64,000 bases of DNA, taken from positions 359,569,233 to 359,633,232 of the forward strand of contig NC_058131.1 of assembly GCF_016433145.1 (NCBI RefSeq). The letters run 5' to 3'. The stretch comes from Gracilinanus agilis. Taxonomy: Eukaryota. Positions 48,701 to 61,649 of the stretch are shown one piece after another. A program made the translations under genes and the position numbers. The notes beneath the pieces are model-generated. The model did not search any database, was not told the DNA's origin, and saw only the letters and a program-made list of their open reading frames with translations. Numbering within the stretch: the stretch's first letter is position 1; every line of letters starts with the position of its first letter.

Positions 48701-50400
48701 GATAGGAGAAGTAGGAAGTGGAATTTAGTTTCTGGAGCCAGTTCAATGCTCTCTCTATTGTAGCACCTTTATTATTCTTCATCACTAAGGCAAAGCTAAT
48801 CTTAAGGAAGTTATGATATAGACAAAGTTTGCTTTAATCGCTTCTTGTCTATCTTGGCAAACATCCTTTGTTCCAACCCTCCTGTTGCTGCATGATGGCA
48901 TCTCAGGATCTCAGAGTTGGAGAGGAACCTCAGAGGCCATCTACTCTCACACATACTCAGAATCTCCTCTTCATCTCCAACAAGTGCACATCTTGACTAC
49001 CTATACATATTTCTAGTGATAGGAAATTCACCATTGGGTAAAGCAGTCTATTCTTAAACGTTGGAATGTTTTTCCTTAAATCAAATTGAAATCCACCCTT
49101 CTAGAACTTCTATCATTATTCATACTTCTCTTTGGGGATTATCAGAATGAGTAATCTTTCATGTGATTTTAATATTTTTACAAATATTTAGATGATAATT
49201 TTTCAAATTTTTAAAGACACTGACCATGTATCCCCTTTGTCTTCTGCTATGTCTTCTCTTCTCTGGAATAAACATTGCCATTTCTTCAACTGATCCTCAT
49301 CCTTTTAAAGCTCTTCCTCATTCTGGTCACTCTCCTCCAGAGGCTGTCTTGTTAATCAATATCTTTCTTAAAATGTGTCACATAATCATTCTGTTGTCAA
49401 ATCCTTCAAAGATGTCTCACATTTTTCCTATCACATACACTTCTACTTCAACCACTCTGATATATAGATTCCCTTTCCCTCTCATTTGGACTCTTGTAAT
49501 ATCTCTTAAAAGATCTTCCTCCAGGCCTGGAGATGGGAAGTCCTGGGTTCAAGTGCATCCTCATTCGCTTCTTAGCTGTGTGACCCTGGGCAAGTCACTT
49601 AAGCCCCATTGCCTAGCCCTTACTGCTCTTCTGCCTCAGAACCAATACCAAAGTATTGATTCCAAGACAAAAGGTAAGGGTTTTAAAAAAAACCTTCCTA
49701 TCTTGAGTCTCTTCCTGGGTTCAATTCACATACTGACCACATAATTATTGCTGAATTGCTTCTCAAATCATGTTACTATCCTTAGAAACTTTCAATGGTC
49801 CTCTGTTGCCTCTGAGATACATCCTATCTCCTTATCATCTTAGTCAAGGCCACCCACACCTCTAGTCCTCATCTCTATTTATAACATTTCCCCTCCTTCT
49901 GCTCTTCAACAGAAACCTTTGGTTCTAGACAGTCTACTTTTCTTGCTATCCATCACATATAGGACCATAGGTATAGAGCTAGAAAGACCTGCGAGGTCAT
50001 CTCATCCAATCCCTTCACTCTACAAATGAGGAAACCAAAGCTCAATCAGGGAACTTAAATAAACAGCTCACGTTTATATGGGTAGCAAGCATCAAAGAGA
50101 AGTATCCAGTGGTTTTCTACCTCTATTCCTTTCCTTTTTGTGGTAAAGTAGAAAAGGCATTGGCTCTGGAGTCAGAGGACTAATATTCAGATTTTGCTTC
50201 TGAATGATGAATGGTTTGGACTAGTTAGCCTCTGAGGTCTCATCTTCCTGACATCAAATTTGGCCTCAGATACTTACTAGCTATGTGGCCCTAGTCAAGT
50301 CACTTTACCTTGTTTGCCTTAGTTTCCTCATCTAGAAAATGAGCTAGAAAAGGAAATAGCAAACCATTCCAGTATCTTTGCCAAGAAAATCTCAAATGTG

Positions 50401-50584
50401 GGGGCAGCTGGGTAGCTCAGTGGATTTAGAGTCAGGCCTAGAGATGGGAGGTCCTAGGTTCAAATCTGGCCTCAGATACTTCCCAGCTGTGTGACCCTGG
50501 ACAAGTCACTTGACCCCCATTGCCCACCCTTACCACTTTTCCACCAAGGAGCCAATACACAGAAGTTAAGAGTTTAAAAAAAAG
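50401..50584 (+). mobile_element. SINE1_Mdo-type SINE inserted in a MAR1-type element
   Basis: GGGGCAGCTGGGTAGCTCAGTGG head, A tail, TSD core AAGAAAATCTCAA on both sides. Older related copies occur near 5020-5205, 15580-15770, 18970-19150, 37110-37290, 42560-42755, 45945-46150, 49505-49690, 51690-51880, 52530-52715 and 55400-55520. Confidence 0.88.
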
Positions 50585-51243
50585 AAGAAAATCTCAAGTG
50601 AGATAATGAAGATTCAGACATGACTGAAATAACTAAACCAATAAAGCCTCTGTGGTCCTGTCTAGTCCTAGAGGTAACATCCTATGAAATGTCATCCAGC
50701 CTTCAAGCTTATCTTTCCAGGAATTTTTCTCTAATCTTTCATGCCAGAAGCAACATTTCCCATCTTTGACCCCAGCTGCACTTTGTGGTCATCCTTCTTA
50801 TTACCCTGATCCTGTTCCTGCTGGAGGAGGCCTTTGAGTCTTTCTAACTCCTTTTCACTCTCTAAGCCCCTCTACTCACATTTTAGGGGAAATAAAATTG
50901 AGCTCTAGTGAACAGAGGGCAACTTGCCCAAGCATACGTAGTCAGTTCATAGCAGAATCCAGACTTTAATCCTGGTCCTCTGACCCAATTTGGTGTTCTT
51001 TCCACTCCCTCAGATCTGTCTTTTCTCAGTCTGTGTCTGGGTTAATTTCTGATCTCTTCTACTAAGGGATGGACACTTCCCAAAGAGGAAGTAGGTCTTA
51101 TACAGCTTTGTCTCCTCCACAGCAAGGACCTTACACAAACAGGGGGCATCGGTCATTGCTGAAAGAATGAGGAGATAAGAGATCTATTTGAAGAATCAAG
51201 GACCATGAGGTTAATGATGATGATGATGGAGGGAGGCCTTATT

Positions 51244-51262
51244 TTGCCACCAGGTGGCGATG
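51244..51262 (+). promoter_or_regulatory. CTCF consensus site
   Basis: TTGCCACCAGGTGGCGATG matches the CTCF core CCASYAGRKGGCR with a retained CpG, in unique sequence; AP-1 TGACTCA at 51280-51286. Confidence 0.7.
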
Positions 51263-52476
51263 CTATATAGCCAGATTCCTGACTCAGGAATTCCTTTTTT
51301 TGCCTCTAGATTTTAGCTTATGCAGTTCCCCATCTTCATCTCCCCTTCATCCACAACCCAACATTTAGGATGGTAAATCATAGACCGAAGGCTGATGTGG
51401 TCTAGGGCAAGTTCATGGACTTGGACAAGGATAACCAAGGTTCTAAGTTTGGACCCGGGATTTAATGGCGTGTCGTCCGACTCTAGAAACATTGATCTTT
51501 TTCTGTTGTACTAGGCCACCTTAGCTTGCCTTCGGAAATCTGACCCAGTCCTCAAGTCTTAATTCAATAGCCTTCTCTGAGGGAGATCTGCCCAACAGAA
51601 ATGGTTCTTTTGATTTCGTAGTTTGTTTACATCTCTCATGCACTTAGCATTTTGTTGTTATTCAGTGGTTGCAGTTTTGTCTCACTTTCTTTTTAACTTT
51701 TGTCTTAGAATCAATACTATGTATTGGTTCCAAGGCAGAAGAGACATAAGGACTAGGCAATGGGGGTTATGTGACTTGTTCAGGATCACATAGCTAGCAA
51801 AAGTCCAAGGTCAAATTTGAATCCAGGACCTCATGTCTCTAGGCTTGGCTCTCAATCCACCAAGCCACCTAGTTGCTTCCCCCATCTGACTTTTCATAGC
51901 CCCATTTGGGGTTTTCTTGTTGAAGATACTGGAGTGGTTTGTCATTTCCTTCTCCAACTCATTTTACAGATGAGGAAACTGAGGCAGAGTTAAGTGACTT
52001 GCTCAGTCACCCAGCTAGTAAGTGTCTCAAGTTAGATTTGAACTAAAAAAAAACGAATCCTCGATTCCAGGCCCAACACACTCTCTCTGTGGCACCACCT
52101 AGCTTCCTGCACTTAGCATATTTCTTAATAGTAATGAGGGTAAATATTGACAAGATCTTTAATATACATTATTTCATCTAAACCTCACAACAACCTTATG
52201 GAGTAGATAGCCAAGTATTATCATCTCCAAACCATCCCTCAGCCATCAAAGTGATCTTCCTAAAGTGGAGGGCTGACTGTCACTTTCCTCTCCATTTCCC
52301 CCAAAACATGAGGTTCCAAGATCAAATATAAAACTATGCTCCTTGGGGGCAGGTGGTGTCTTTTGCCTCTTTTTTTTTTCATCCCTAGCACTTCATATAG
52401 TACCTGACACATAGTAGGTGCATGATCAATATTTAATTGAATTAAACTGGCATTTAAAGTCCTTCACAACCTGTGT

Positions 52477-52477
<1 letters not shown>

Positions 52478-52525
<48 letters not shown>
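52478..52525. repeat. (CT)24 microsatellite
   Basis: Direct reading. Confidence 0.95.
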
Positions 52526-52527
<2 letters not shown>

Positions 52528-55500
52528 CCCACCCCCCTTACCTTTTGTCTCTTAATACCAATTATAAAATAGAAGAACAACAAAGCCTAGGCAATGGGGG
52601 TTAAGTGACTTGACCAAGATCACAAAGAAAGGAAGTGTCTGAGTTCATATTTGAACCCAGGTCCTTCCAGCTCCAGGCTTGGTGTTCTATCCATTGTGCT
52701 ATCTAGCTGCTTCAACCTTTCCAATCATTTTATATTTTACTCCAAAGGAGTCTAGACTCCAGCTCTGATGGCATATATATTGAATCTCACAGATGGCATT
52801 CAGAGTTCTGACTCTATATTTTTGTGCTAGCTGCCTGTCCCTCCATGACTGGAATGCAATGCCTCATCACTTCTGATTTCTTCAGCTTGCCTGACTTCCT
52901 TTAAAGGTCAGCTCAAATCCCGATTTCTGCAGAAGGCCTTTTCTGATGTCCTCCTTCCCCAATAACTAGATCCTTCTCTCTGCAAATATCTTCCATCTAC
53001 AGGGCATATCTCTTGGATTTATGCGTGTAATTATTTGCATGTTGCCTCCCCAGTAGAATATAAACTTCTTGAGGATCTGGACTATATTTTAACCTTTCTT
53101 GGCATCCTCAGAGCTTAGCATTGAGCCTGACACATAGTAGGTGCTTAATATTTATTGAATGACTGGCTGACAGATGAGGACAACACTTACTGTCTAGGGT
53201 TGCTGCAATGATCCAGAGGGATCTCAGATGTAAACTGCTCTGCAAATACGAATGCAAACTTTGAGGAAACTGAGTCTGAGAAAAGAAATGACCTGCTTGA
53301 GGTCACATAACTGTTAAACAGCTGACTTGGGATTGAAGTTCTACTTTTCCCACTCTCATTCCATTGTTTTCTCCCATACAATGCTGCTTCTCTATCCCAC
53401 ACTAAAAATCTCATCTATTTGTGTGTGGCCCAGGGTCTTTCTTAGGAAGGACTCTGCACAAAGTAGGTGCTTCCTAAGGGTTAACTGGGGAGAAGGGCAC
53501 AGTGGGACAGAGCACTGGACCTAGACAGAGGAAGACTTGAGTTTACATACAGCCATAGACACTTAACATCTGAGTAACCTTCAATCTCTGCCTACCTCAG
53601 TTTCCTTATTTATTAAATATGTAATAATAATAATGCCTTCCTCCCAGAGTTGTGAGGAACAAATGAGATGATATTCATAAAGGACGTTGTAGTCCTTAAA
53701 GCACTCCATAAATGCTAGGTATTAAATGGACCTGGATTTATAGTTCCACTACATTTTACCTGTGTTGCCTTGAGCAAGTTGCTTCCCTATTCAGATCTTA
53801 ATTGAATCAGTTGATCTCTAAGGTTCCTTCTCACTCTATATCCTGGGATCTAGGAAAGAGTGAGTCCTGGCTGTAATGGCTGTACTAGTCATCCCTTGAT
53901 GAGTTAAAGACTTTCCCCCACAAAGACAAACAAACAAACAAAAACTCACAAAGTTTTTTAAAAGGCAGAACAGGTCCTTGAGGGGAATAAAAGTGCAAAT
54001 TGGTCTGCAGGTCATGTGGCGGAGTGATGAAATGAAGTTTTTCCTCCCCTTGTCCTACAGAAAAACTATGTGGAAGGTGACAGAAAGAGCAGTAGGGAGG
54101 GAGGGACAGCGATGTTTGGGGGTTGGGTTAGAGACAGTGAAGGAGAATGGGAATCCCAATGTGGAGGGGGAAAAGGACAGAATTGGTCAGGGAGGTGACT
54201 GTGAGGAGGGGAAATAGAGAGTAAACTGAATGATTCAAGGAGAGGGGGAAAAAGCAAAGTCTAGGAGGTGGGGACAGGGTGGATCAGGCTTGAGGTATGG
54301 GCAGGGTGGGGAACAGAGGGCAGCATAAGCCTGTGGGAGGCAGGGGACAGCAATGCTTTGGGCCATGAGCCTGAGGTGTGGTCAGAGTCAGTGCTGAGTG
54401 GAGAGTGACAGTCACAGGGGACTGCCAAGGGACAAAATGTGGAGAATGGAGAGAATGATTCATAGGGAGAAGATGGAGCAAGGCACAAAGTTTAGGAGGA
54501 GGGGGACAGAGTAGATTTGGAAGAAAAGAATAGGTAAGGCAATGGAGAGGGGATAGTATACATTTGAGATAGAGGGAATTGAGAGAGGAAGAGAGGGGAT
54601 AGAATGGGGTGGAGAAGAAAGGAGTGTCAAAAGGTAAAAGGATCAGAGATCTGGAACGAGAAGGAGGCCTAAAGGCCATCTAGTACAATTTCCTCAGTTT
54701 TCAGATGAGGAAACTGAGGCATGGGAAAGTTCAGTGACTTGCCTAACTGTTGTATAGGAAAGAAGTGTTAAGAGGCAAGATTTGAACCCAAGTCTTGTGA
54801 CTGCAGAGAGCTAGTGCTTTTTTTAAATTGAAGGGGCAGAGGAACAATTGTGAGAGAGAGGAGAAATCTGAGACACAGTCAGAGGGGCTAGAGGTGAACA
54901 GATTGGGGAGCCAGAAGGCAGCATTGCATGTAGGAGTCCAGAGAGAGGCTCCTGGCCAAGGATTCTTGCCATCAGCCCCCCTGCAGCTCAGCCCCATTTG
55001 GGGGCTCCTTGCCCAGGCCCATATTTGCACAAATGCCTGCTCACTGCTCTCTCTCTGGAGTCCTGGCCAAAAGGAGTTATTTTAAGCTCCCTGGAAAGGA
55101 ACATTGTTTGGTGGGAATGAGACAGGCCTGTGAGCTCCCCATTCTCAAAAAAGGGAAAACCACTCGGTCAGTGCCTCAGGATAATCTAAACATGGAGGCA
55201 GGCCTGGCTGACTTGCCCATCTACTTCTTGCCCACTCTGCCTAGGCATACAGTCCTGGGGCTGGGAGCTCACATGCTGGCCAGTTCTGGGAGTTCCACAC
55301 TTATACTTGTTGCTGAGAAATCAAGCAGTTCAAGGGTAGAGAGGTAATTTGGGGATGTAAGCCCATTGATGCCAAACCCTCTCTCTCTCTCTCTCTCTTT
55401 TAACCTTTATCTTCTGTTTTAGTACCAATTCTAAGACAGAAGAGTGGTAAGGACTAGGCTGGCATTAAGTGACTTGCCCAGAATCACACAGCTAGAAAGT

Positions 55501-55954
55501 GACTGAGGTCAAACCCTACTTATTTTAAAGATGTGGTCCAGGGAGGTCAAATGATTTGTCCATGGTCATATAAGTAGTCAGTGTCATATTTGATCACCAT
55601 AGCTCTGGTCAAAGGATTCAGATTTTGAACTGGAAGCAGAAGTGCCTGTAGCCAGTTTATGAGTGGGAGCATGAAATTTGTAAACACCAAATCAGGGCTA
55701 GATTTATTGCTTTGGTCATTATCTAGACTTAAGAAAATGTTGGAGAAAATGTTAATAATGCAGATTAAAGTAGGCATAACTTTAAAAGATGTGTTATGCC
55801 TACATGGGTTTTTGGTGAGCATTTGGTAAACATCTATTAGCACATCTCTGTCTGGGAGGGAATACAGAGATCATCTTGCCCAATTTCTAATGTTATATTT
55901 TGTAGTGTTCCCTATCTCCTGCTCCGTCTTAATTCCTTTCTTTCCCAAAGTTCT

Positions 55955-57025
55955 GACAGGTATACTATTCTATGTTCACCTAATTTGTTTATGATTTCCC
56001 TCTTTATATTTAAATCATTTACCCACTCTGAGTTAATCCTGGTATAGGGTGTAAGATGTTGATCTAAGCCTAATTTCTCCCATACTGTTTTGCAATTCTC
56101 CCAGCAGTTTTTGTCAAATAGTGGATTCTTGCCTCAAAAGCTGGGTTTATTGAACACTGTCTTGCTTACTATCATCTACCCCAAGTCTATTCCATTGATC
56201 CACCTTTCTATCTCTTAGCCAGTACCATATTGATTTAATGACTGCTGCTTTATAGTATAGTTTGAGATGTAGTAAAGCTAGGCCCCCATCCTTCACATTT
56301 TTAAAATTTGTCTTGTTATTCTTGATATTTTGTTCTTCCAGATGAACTTTGTAATCATTTTTAAAAAATTCTATAAAAAAAGTGTTTTGGTAGTTTGGTA
56401 GATATAGCACTGAATAAGTACATTAATTTAGGTAGGATTGTCATTTTTATTATATTAGCTCATCCTACCCAGGAGCAATTGATGTTTTTCCAATTGTTTA
56501 GTTCTACTTTTATTTGTGTAAAGAGTGTTTTGTAGTTATGTTCATATAATTCCTGAATTTGCCTTGGCAAGTAGATTCCCAGGTATTTTATCTTGTATAG
56601 AGTGATTTTAAATGGAATTTCTCTTTCTAACTCATGCTTCTGGGTTTTGTTGAAAACATATAGGAATGCTAATGATTTATGTGGGTTCATTTTATACCCT
56701 GCCACTTTGCTAAAGTTATTGATTATTTCTACTATCTTTTTAGTTGATTTTCTTGGATTCTCTAGGTTTACCATTATATCATCTGCAAAGAGAAATAGTT
56801 TAGTTTCCTCATTGCCTACTTTGATCCCTTTAATTTCTTTTTTCTTCTCTAATTCCTACTGCTAGTATTTCTAGTACAATATTAAATAGCAGTGGTGATA
56901 GTGAGCATCCCTGCTTCACTCCTGATCTTATTGGGAAGGCATCTAACTTATCCCCATTGCAGATGATAGTTGCTGATGGTTTTAAATAAATACTGCTTAT
57001 TATTTTGAGGAAAGGCCCTCCTATA
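55955..57025 (-). mobile_element. L1 ORF2 (reverse transcriptase region) fragment
   Basis: Minus-strand ORFs MVNLENPRKSTKKIVEIINNFSKVAGYKMN..KYLGIYL and [14 protein letters not shown] are L1 RT and downstream motifs. Confidence 0.9.
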
Positions 57026-58835
57026 TTCTCTATTCCACCCCTTTCTTATCCATTTCCTTATCAATTCTCCCTTGAAATATTACCCTTTATTTGGTCTTCC
57101 TGACTTTCTTCCCACAGAACAAATTTTCTAAGGTATATTTCTGGTATAGTTACTGTTCTGCAAAGTTTACTATCTCTTATATCTTCAAGGCATCCACAAA
57201 CTGGTTCCAGATTACCTAACCTGGAAAATAAAGGAATTAAGCTGAATGATCTATAGTTTTTCTTCCAACTCTAAATTATATCACCCTCTTTAGATCTTTT
57301 CCTCATTTCCAATAATTCCCTGCCACATACTCCTAGTCAAATGGGTCAGATTGGGCTTCTCTAAATACATCCAGATACCTCTCTGCCCTGTCAAACTCCA
57401 TTCTCTTGAGTATTTTTGATTGATGCTCTAATATTTTTTCCCCTACTATCACTATAATTTCCTAATGTCTACTTCCAGTCCACTAATAGAAACTTCCTTG
57501 ATAACAAATAAGTACAGTCAATCAAAACAAATCAATATTGCCACGTCTGAAAAGGCATAGCTTATTCTATATTTATTGACTACCATCTCTTTGCTGATAG
57601 ATGGGACACATGTCCTAGCATCAAGTACTCTGAAGTCATGATTAATACTAATAGGCTTCAGAACTCTGATCAATACCGTAGCTATTAATATTGTTTTCCT
57701 TTACATTGTTGTACTCAAAAAGTAAATGGCTCTCCTAGTTCTGCTTACTTTGCTTTTCATTCATTCAAACAAATCTTTTCTTGATTATTCATCATTTCTT
57801 GTAGAACAATTATATTCACTGATATTCATAAATCATAATTTCTTTAGTCATTTTTGAATTGATGGGTATGAATTTCTCTTGCAGTTCTTTATTATTATAA
57901 AATGTTGTTATAAGCCTTTTTATACTTGTGGAGCCTTTCCCCTGTCTTTGATTTTCTTGGATAGATGCCTTAGAAATATGTAAATGGGTATATGTAATTT
58001 AATGATTTTAAAGTGTAATTCCAAATTGTTTTCCAAAATGGTGGGATTAATTCTTAGTTTCACCAATAGTGAAATCATGCCTATCTTTCCACAACCACAT
58101 CAACGCAGATTGTTTTTTGTCTTTTAACATATTACCAATGTGATAAGTTAGAGGTAAAAACTTTGGAATTGTTTTAATTAACATTAAACATAGTATTAAT
58201 GATTCAGAGCATTCTTCCCATATGATTGTTCATAGCTTACATTTTCTCTTTTGAAAATTACCTGTCCATATCCTTTGATAACTTATCTTTTAAAAATAGC
58301 TCTTGTGCCTACATATCTTTGTATCACTCTCAGGTAAATATTATATTTCAGTGGAGATATTTCACACAAAGATTTTCTCTCTATTTAACTGTCCAGTTTC
58401 TAATTCTAGTTGTATTGATTTTGTCCATGCAAAACTGTTTCAATTTTATGAAATCCAAATAGTTCATTTTATCTTCTAGCTCTCCATTTTTGTTTAACTA
58501 TTACTTATTCCCAGCCACATTTGTGTAAGATATCTCCTTCCTTGGCCCTCTAAATTAAAAAAAGTGATATTTTAGTCAGTCAGTCACTGTAAACATTTAT
58601 TAAGCACCCATTAGAGCCAGGCACTTTGGAAAGAGCTGGAGATTAAAAAAATGTTAAAAGATAGCCCCTGCCCACAAGGAACTCAAAGTCTAGTGGGGAA
58701 GACAATAAGCAAACAAATATGTGTAAACAAACAATTTATAGGATAAATAGGAAATAATTAAGAGAGAAACACTAGAATTAAGAGGGATTAGGAAAGACTT
58801 CCAGTAGAAGATAGGATTTTAGTTAGAATTTAGAG

Positions 58836-59060
58836 CAGTGATTCCCAAAGTGGGCACCACTGCCTCCTGGTGAGTGCTGCAGTGATCCAGGGAAGCAATG
58901 ATGGCCACAGGTGCATTTTATGAAAAAAGTAGAAACATTAATACATATATCTTTCCTATTAATTGCTATTAAAATTTTAAAAAAATTAATTTCTGGGGGG
59001 TGCTAAATAATATTTTTTCTGTAAAGGGGGTGGTAGGCCAAAAAAGTTTGGGAACCACTG
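58836..59060. mobile_element. hAT MITE (225 bp), inverted relative to the 16860-17052 copy
   Basis: TIRs CAGTGATTCCCAAA / TTTGGGAACCACTG; perfect 8-bp TSD ATTTAGAG; aligns along its length with the reverse complement of 16860-17052, apart from a ~32-bp internal indel. Confidence 0.92.
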
Positions 59061-59763
59061 ATTTAGAGTAAACTAGGGAGGTCAGAGGCTGAGATGAGGA
59101 GGGAGAGCACTCCAGGCATGGGGGACAGCCAGAGAAAATGTCTGGAACTGAGAGATAGAGTGTCTTGTTTATGGAACACCCAGGGGGGCACTGTCATTCA
59201 GGTGAAGAATTTATGTTGGGGAGTAAGGTGCAAGATTAGAAAGGCAGGAGGGGCTAGGTTATAAAGGGCTTTAAATGACAAACATAGGATTTACATTTAG
59301 GATTTATATTTAGATGATATATTCTTTGGAAACTTAAGGTATGTGGTATAAGAATCATAGACTATACAGCATTAGGTCTAGAGCTACAAGAAACTAAAGA
59401 GATTATTTGGCCTAACTTGTCCATTTTACACATGAGAAAAATTGAGTTCTAGATAAGTTAAATGACTAGTCTAAGGTAACAAAGAGAGCAAATGGAAGAG
59501 CTAGACTTTGAAGCTACTTTTGACTTTCCATCTAGCATGTATTTTTTTCACTGTCCCATGCTTTGAATGTTTGATTGAATTCACTTGTAAATTCATCTGT
59601 TCAAACCCCACCCCTTTTTTATTCCATGGGGATTTTATTAATAATTTATTAAATACTTTCTGTTTCTCAGGTTGGGTTGCTTAAATTCTTTGTTGTTCTC
59701 TCAATTTGGGCACAATACATATAGATATGGATATAGGAATTCATTTGCTTCCATTACATTTTT

Positions 59764-61200
59764 TTAAATTTAAACATTTATTAATATTCATTTTTAACCT
59801 CTTTACATGCTTCATGCCCCTACTTCCCCCCCCCCCCTGCTTTCCCCCAACCCATGGCCGACGCACATTTTCACTGGTTGTAACTTGTGTCCTTGTTCAG
59901 GGCCTATTTCCATATTATTGTTAGTTGCATTGGTGTGGTAGTTTCGAGTCCACACCCCCAATCATGTCCAACCTGACCCATGCGTTCAAGCAGTTGTTTT
60001 TCTTATATGTTTCCTCTCCTGCAGTCCTTCCTCTGAATGTGGGTAGCGTCTTTACCATAAATCCCTCAGAATTGTCCTGGGTCATTGTATTGCTGCTGGT
60101 ACAGAAGCCCATTACATTCTGTTTTACCACAGAATGTCAGTCTCTGTGTATAATGTTCTTCTGGCTCTGCTCCTTTCGCTCTGCATCTGTTCCCGGAGGT
60201 CTCTCCAGTTCGCCTGGAACTCCTCCAGTTTATTATTCCTTTTAGCACAATAGTATTCCATCACCCGCATATACCACAGTTTGTTCAGCCATTCCCCAAC
60301 TGAAGGACATACCCTCCTTTTCCAATTTGTTGCCACCACAAAAAGCGCAGCTATGAATATTTTCGTACAAGTCTGTTTATCTGTGATCTCTTTGGGGTAC
60401 AAACCCAGCAATGGTATGGCTGGATCAAAGGGCAGGCAGTCTTTTATAGCCCTTTGAGCATAGATCCAAATTGCCAGCCAGAATGGTTGGATCAGTTCAC
60501 AGCTCCACCAGCAATGCATTAATGTCCCAATTTTGCCACATCCCCTCCAACATTCATTACTCTCCCCTTCTTTCATTTTAGCCAATCTGCTAGGTGTGAG
60601 GTGATACCTCAGAGTTGTTTTGATTTGCATTTCTCTAATTATTAGAGATTTGGAACACTTTCTCATGTGCTTATTGATACTTTTGATTTCTTTACCTGAA
60701 AATTGCCTATTCATGTCTCTTGTCCATTTATCAATTGGGGAATGGCTTGCGCTGGAGATCTTTATTCGCGCCTAGGGCACTGCCTTCACCAGTGCAGAAA
60801 TTGGGGGAAAGTCCCTGCTTAGAGATCTTTGTCCAGGCAGACTCTCGGGAAAATCTGTGCGAGCCCCCCAGCCACTTGGGGTCCCACATCTTGCAGCACA
60901 CAGGTACAAGCCCTGGGGCTGCTAGTGATTTACTGGTTGGTGCGTTGGCCTTGGCGCTGTGCGTGGTGTGTGTGTGGGGGTGGAGGGACTTCTTCCTCTC
61001 ACGTTTTAGTGAGAGCTGTTTCACCCCTTTATAGCCTGGAAATGCCCCGATTCTGTGTACCTTCAATGCTGCGCCCTGTTGTGGGGTTCCTTCGTTCTTC
61101 TGGGTTCGTTTTTATGTCCCCTTGAGGAGTTTTGTATGCTTGGATTAGGAGAGATGGAGCAGCTGCTCCTTACTCTGCCGCCATCTTAACCGGAAGTCTC
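59764..61200 (-). mobile_element. L1 retaining both termini with a large internal deletion
   Basis: 5' end GACTTCCGGTTAAGATGGCGGC (61198 down); about 449 bp of 5'UTR joined at 60749/60750 to the ORF2 C-terminus (CWRGCGKIGTLMHC zinc knuckle, ORF 60124-60714) and 3'UTR with AATAAA at 59777-59782; 16-bp TSD CTTCCATTACATTTTT at 59748-59763 and 61201-61216. Confidence 0.9.
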
Positions 61201-61649
61201 CTTCCATTACATTTTTAGTTTGGCTGGCATATACTTTTATGTAATTATTTCTAATAATTTCCTTTACTTTCTTTTTATTTGCTGTCAAATACCAATTTCA
61301 TTTTGATCATTCAGTTTTCCTCTTTCTCTGTGTTGAAGTATCTACTCTTTTGCAAGAAGAGCCTATTGCTTAGTACTGGGAATGCAAACACTTTGAAGCA
61401 CTGACAATTCACATTCCTCATAGATCTTTAGGATCAGTCAACTTTGTAAATTCCTACTACTTGTACAACATGACATACAGTAAATAAAGCATCATCAGAA
61501 CTGACATCGGGATATCTGAACCTGAGTTCAGGTCCCAACTCTTTCACTTACTAGCTCTTCCTTCATTTTCCTCATTCTTTTTCAATGAATGAAAATTATT
61601 TATTATGGATCGTTAACTTCTTTTTCTTTCTTTGATTTAAGAAATTATT

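Noticed and set aside
49226-49744. 172-aa plus-strand ORF
   Set aside because: Runs through L2-like sequence and a SINE; low-complexity composition with no domain.
53900-54650. Strong purine skew with several short ORFs
   Set aside because: Consistent with an old antisense L2-type remnant; no coding signal.
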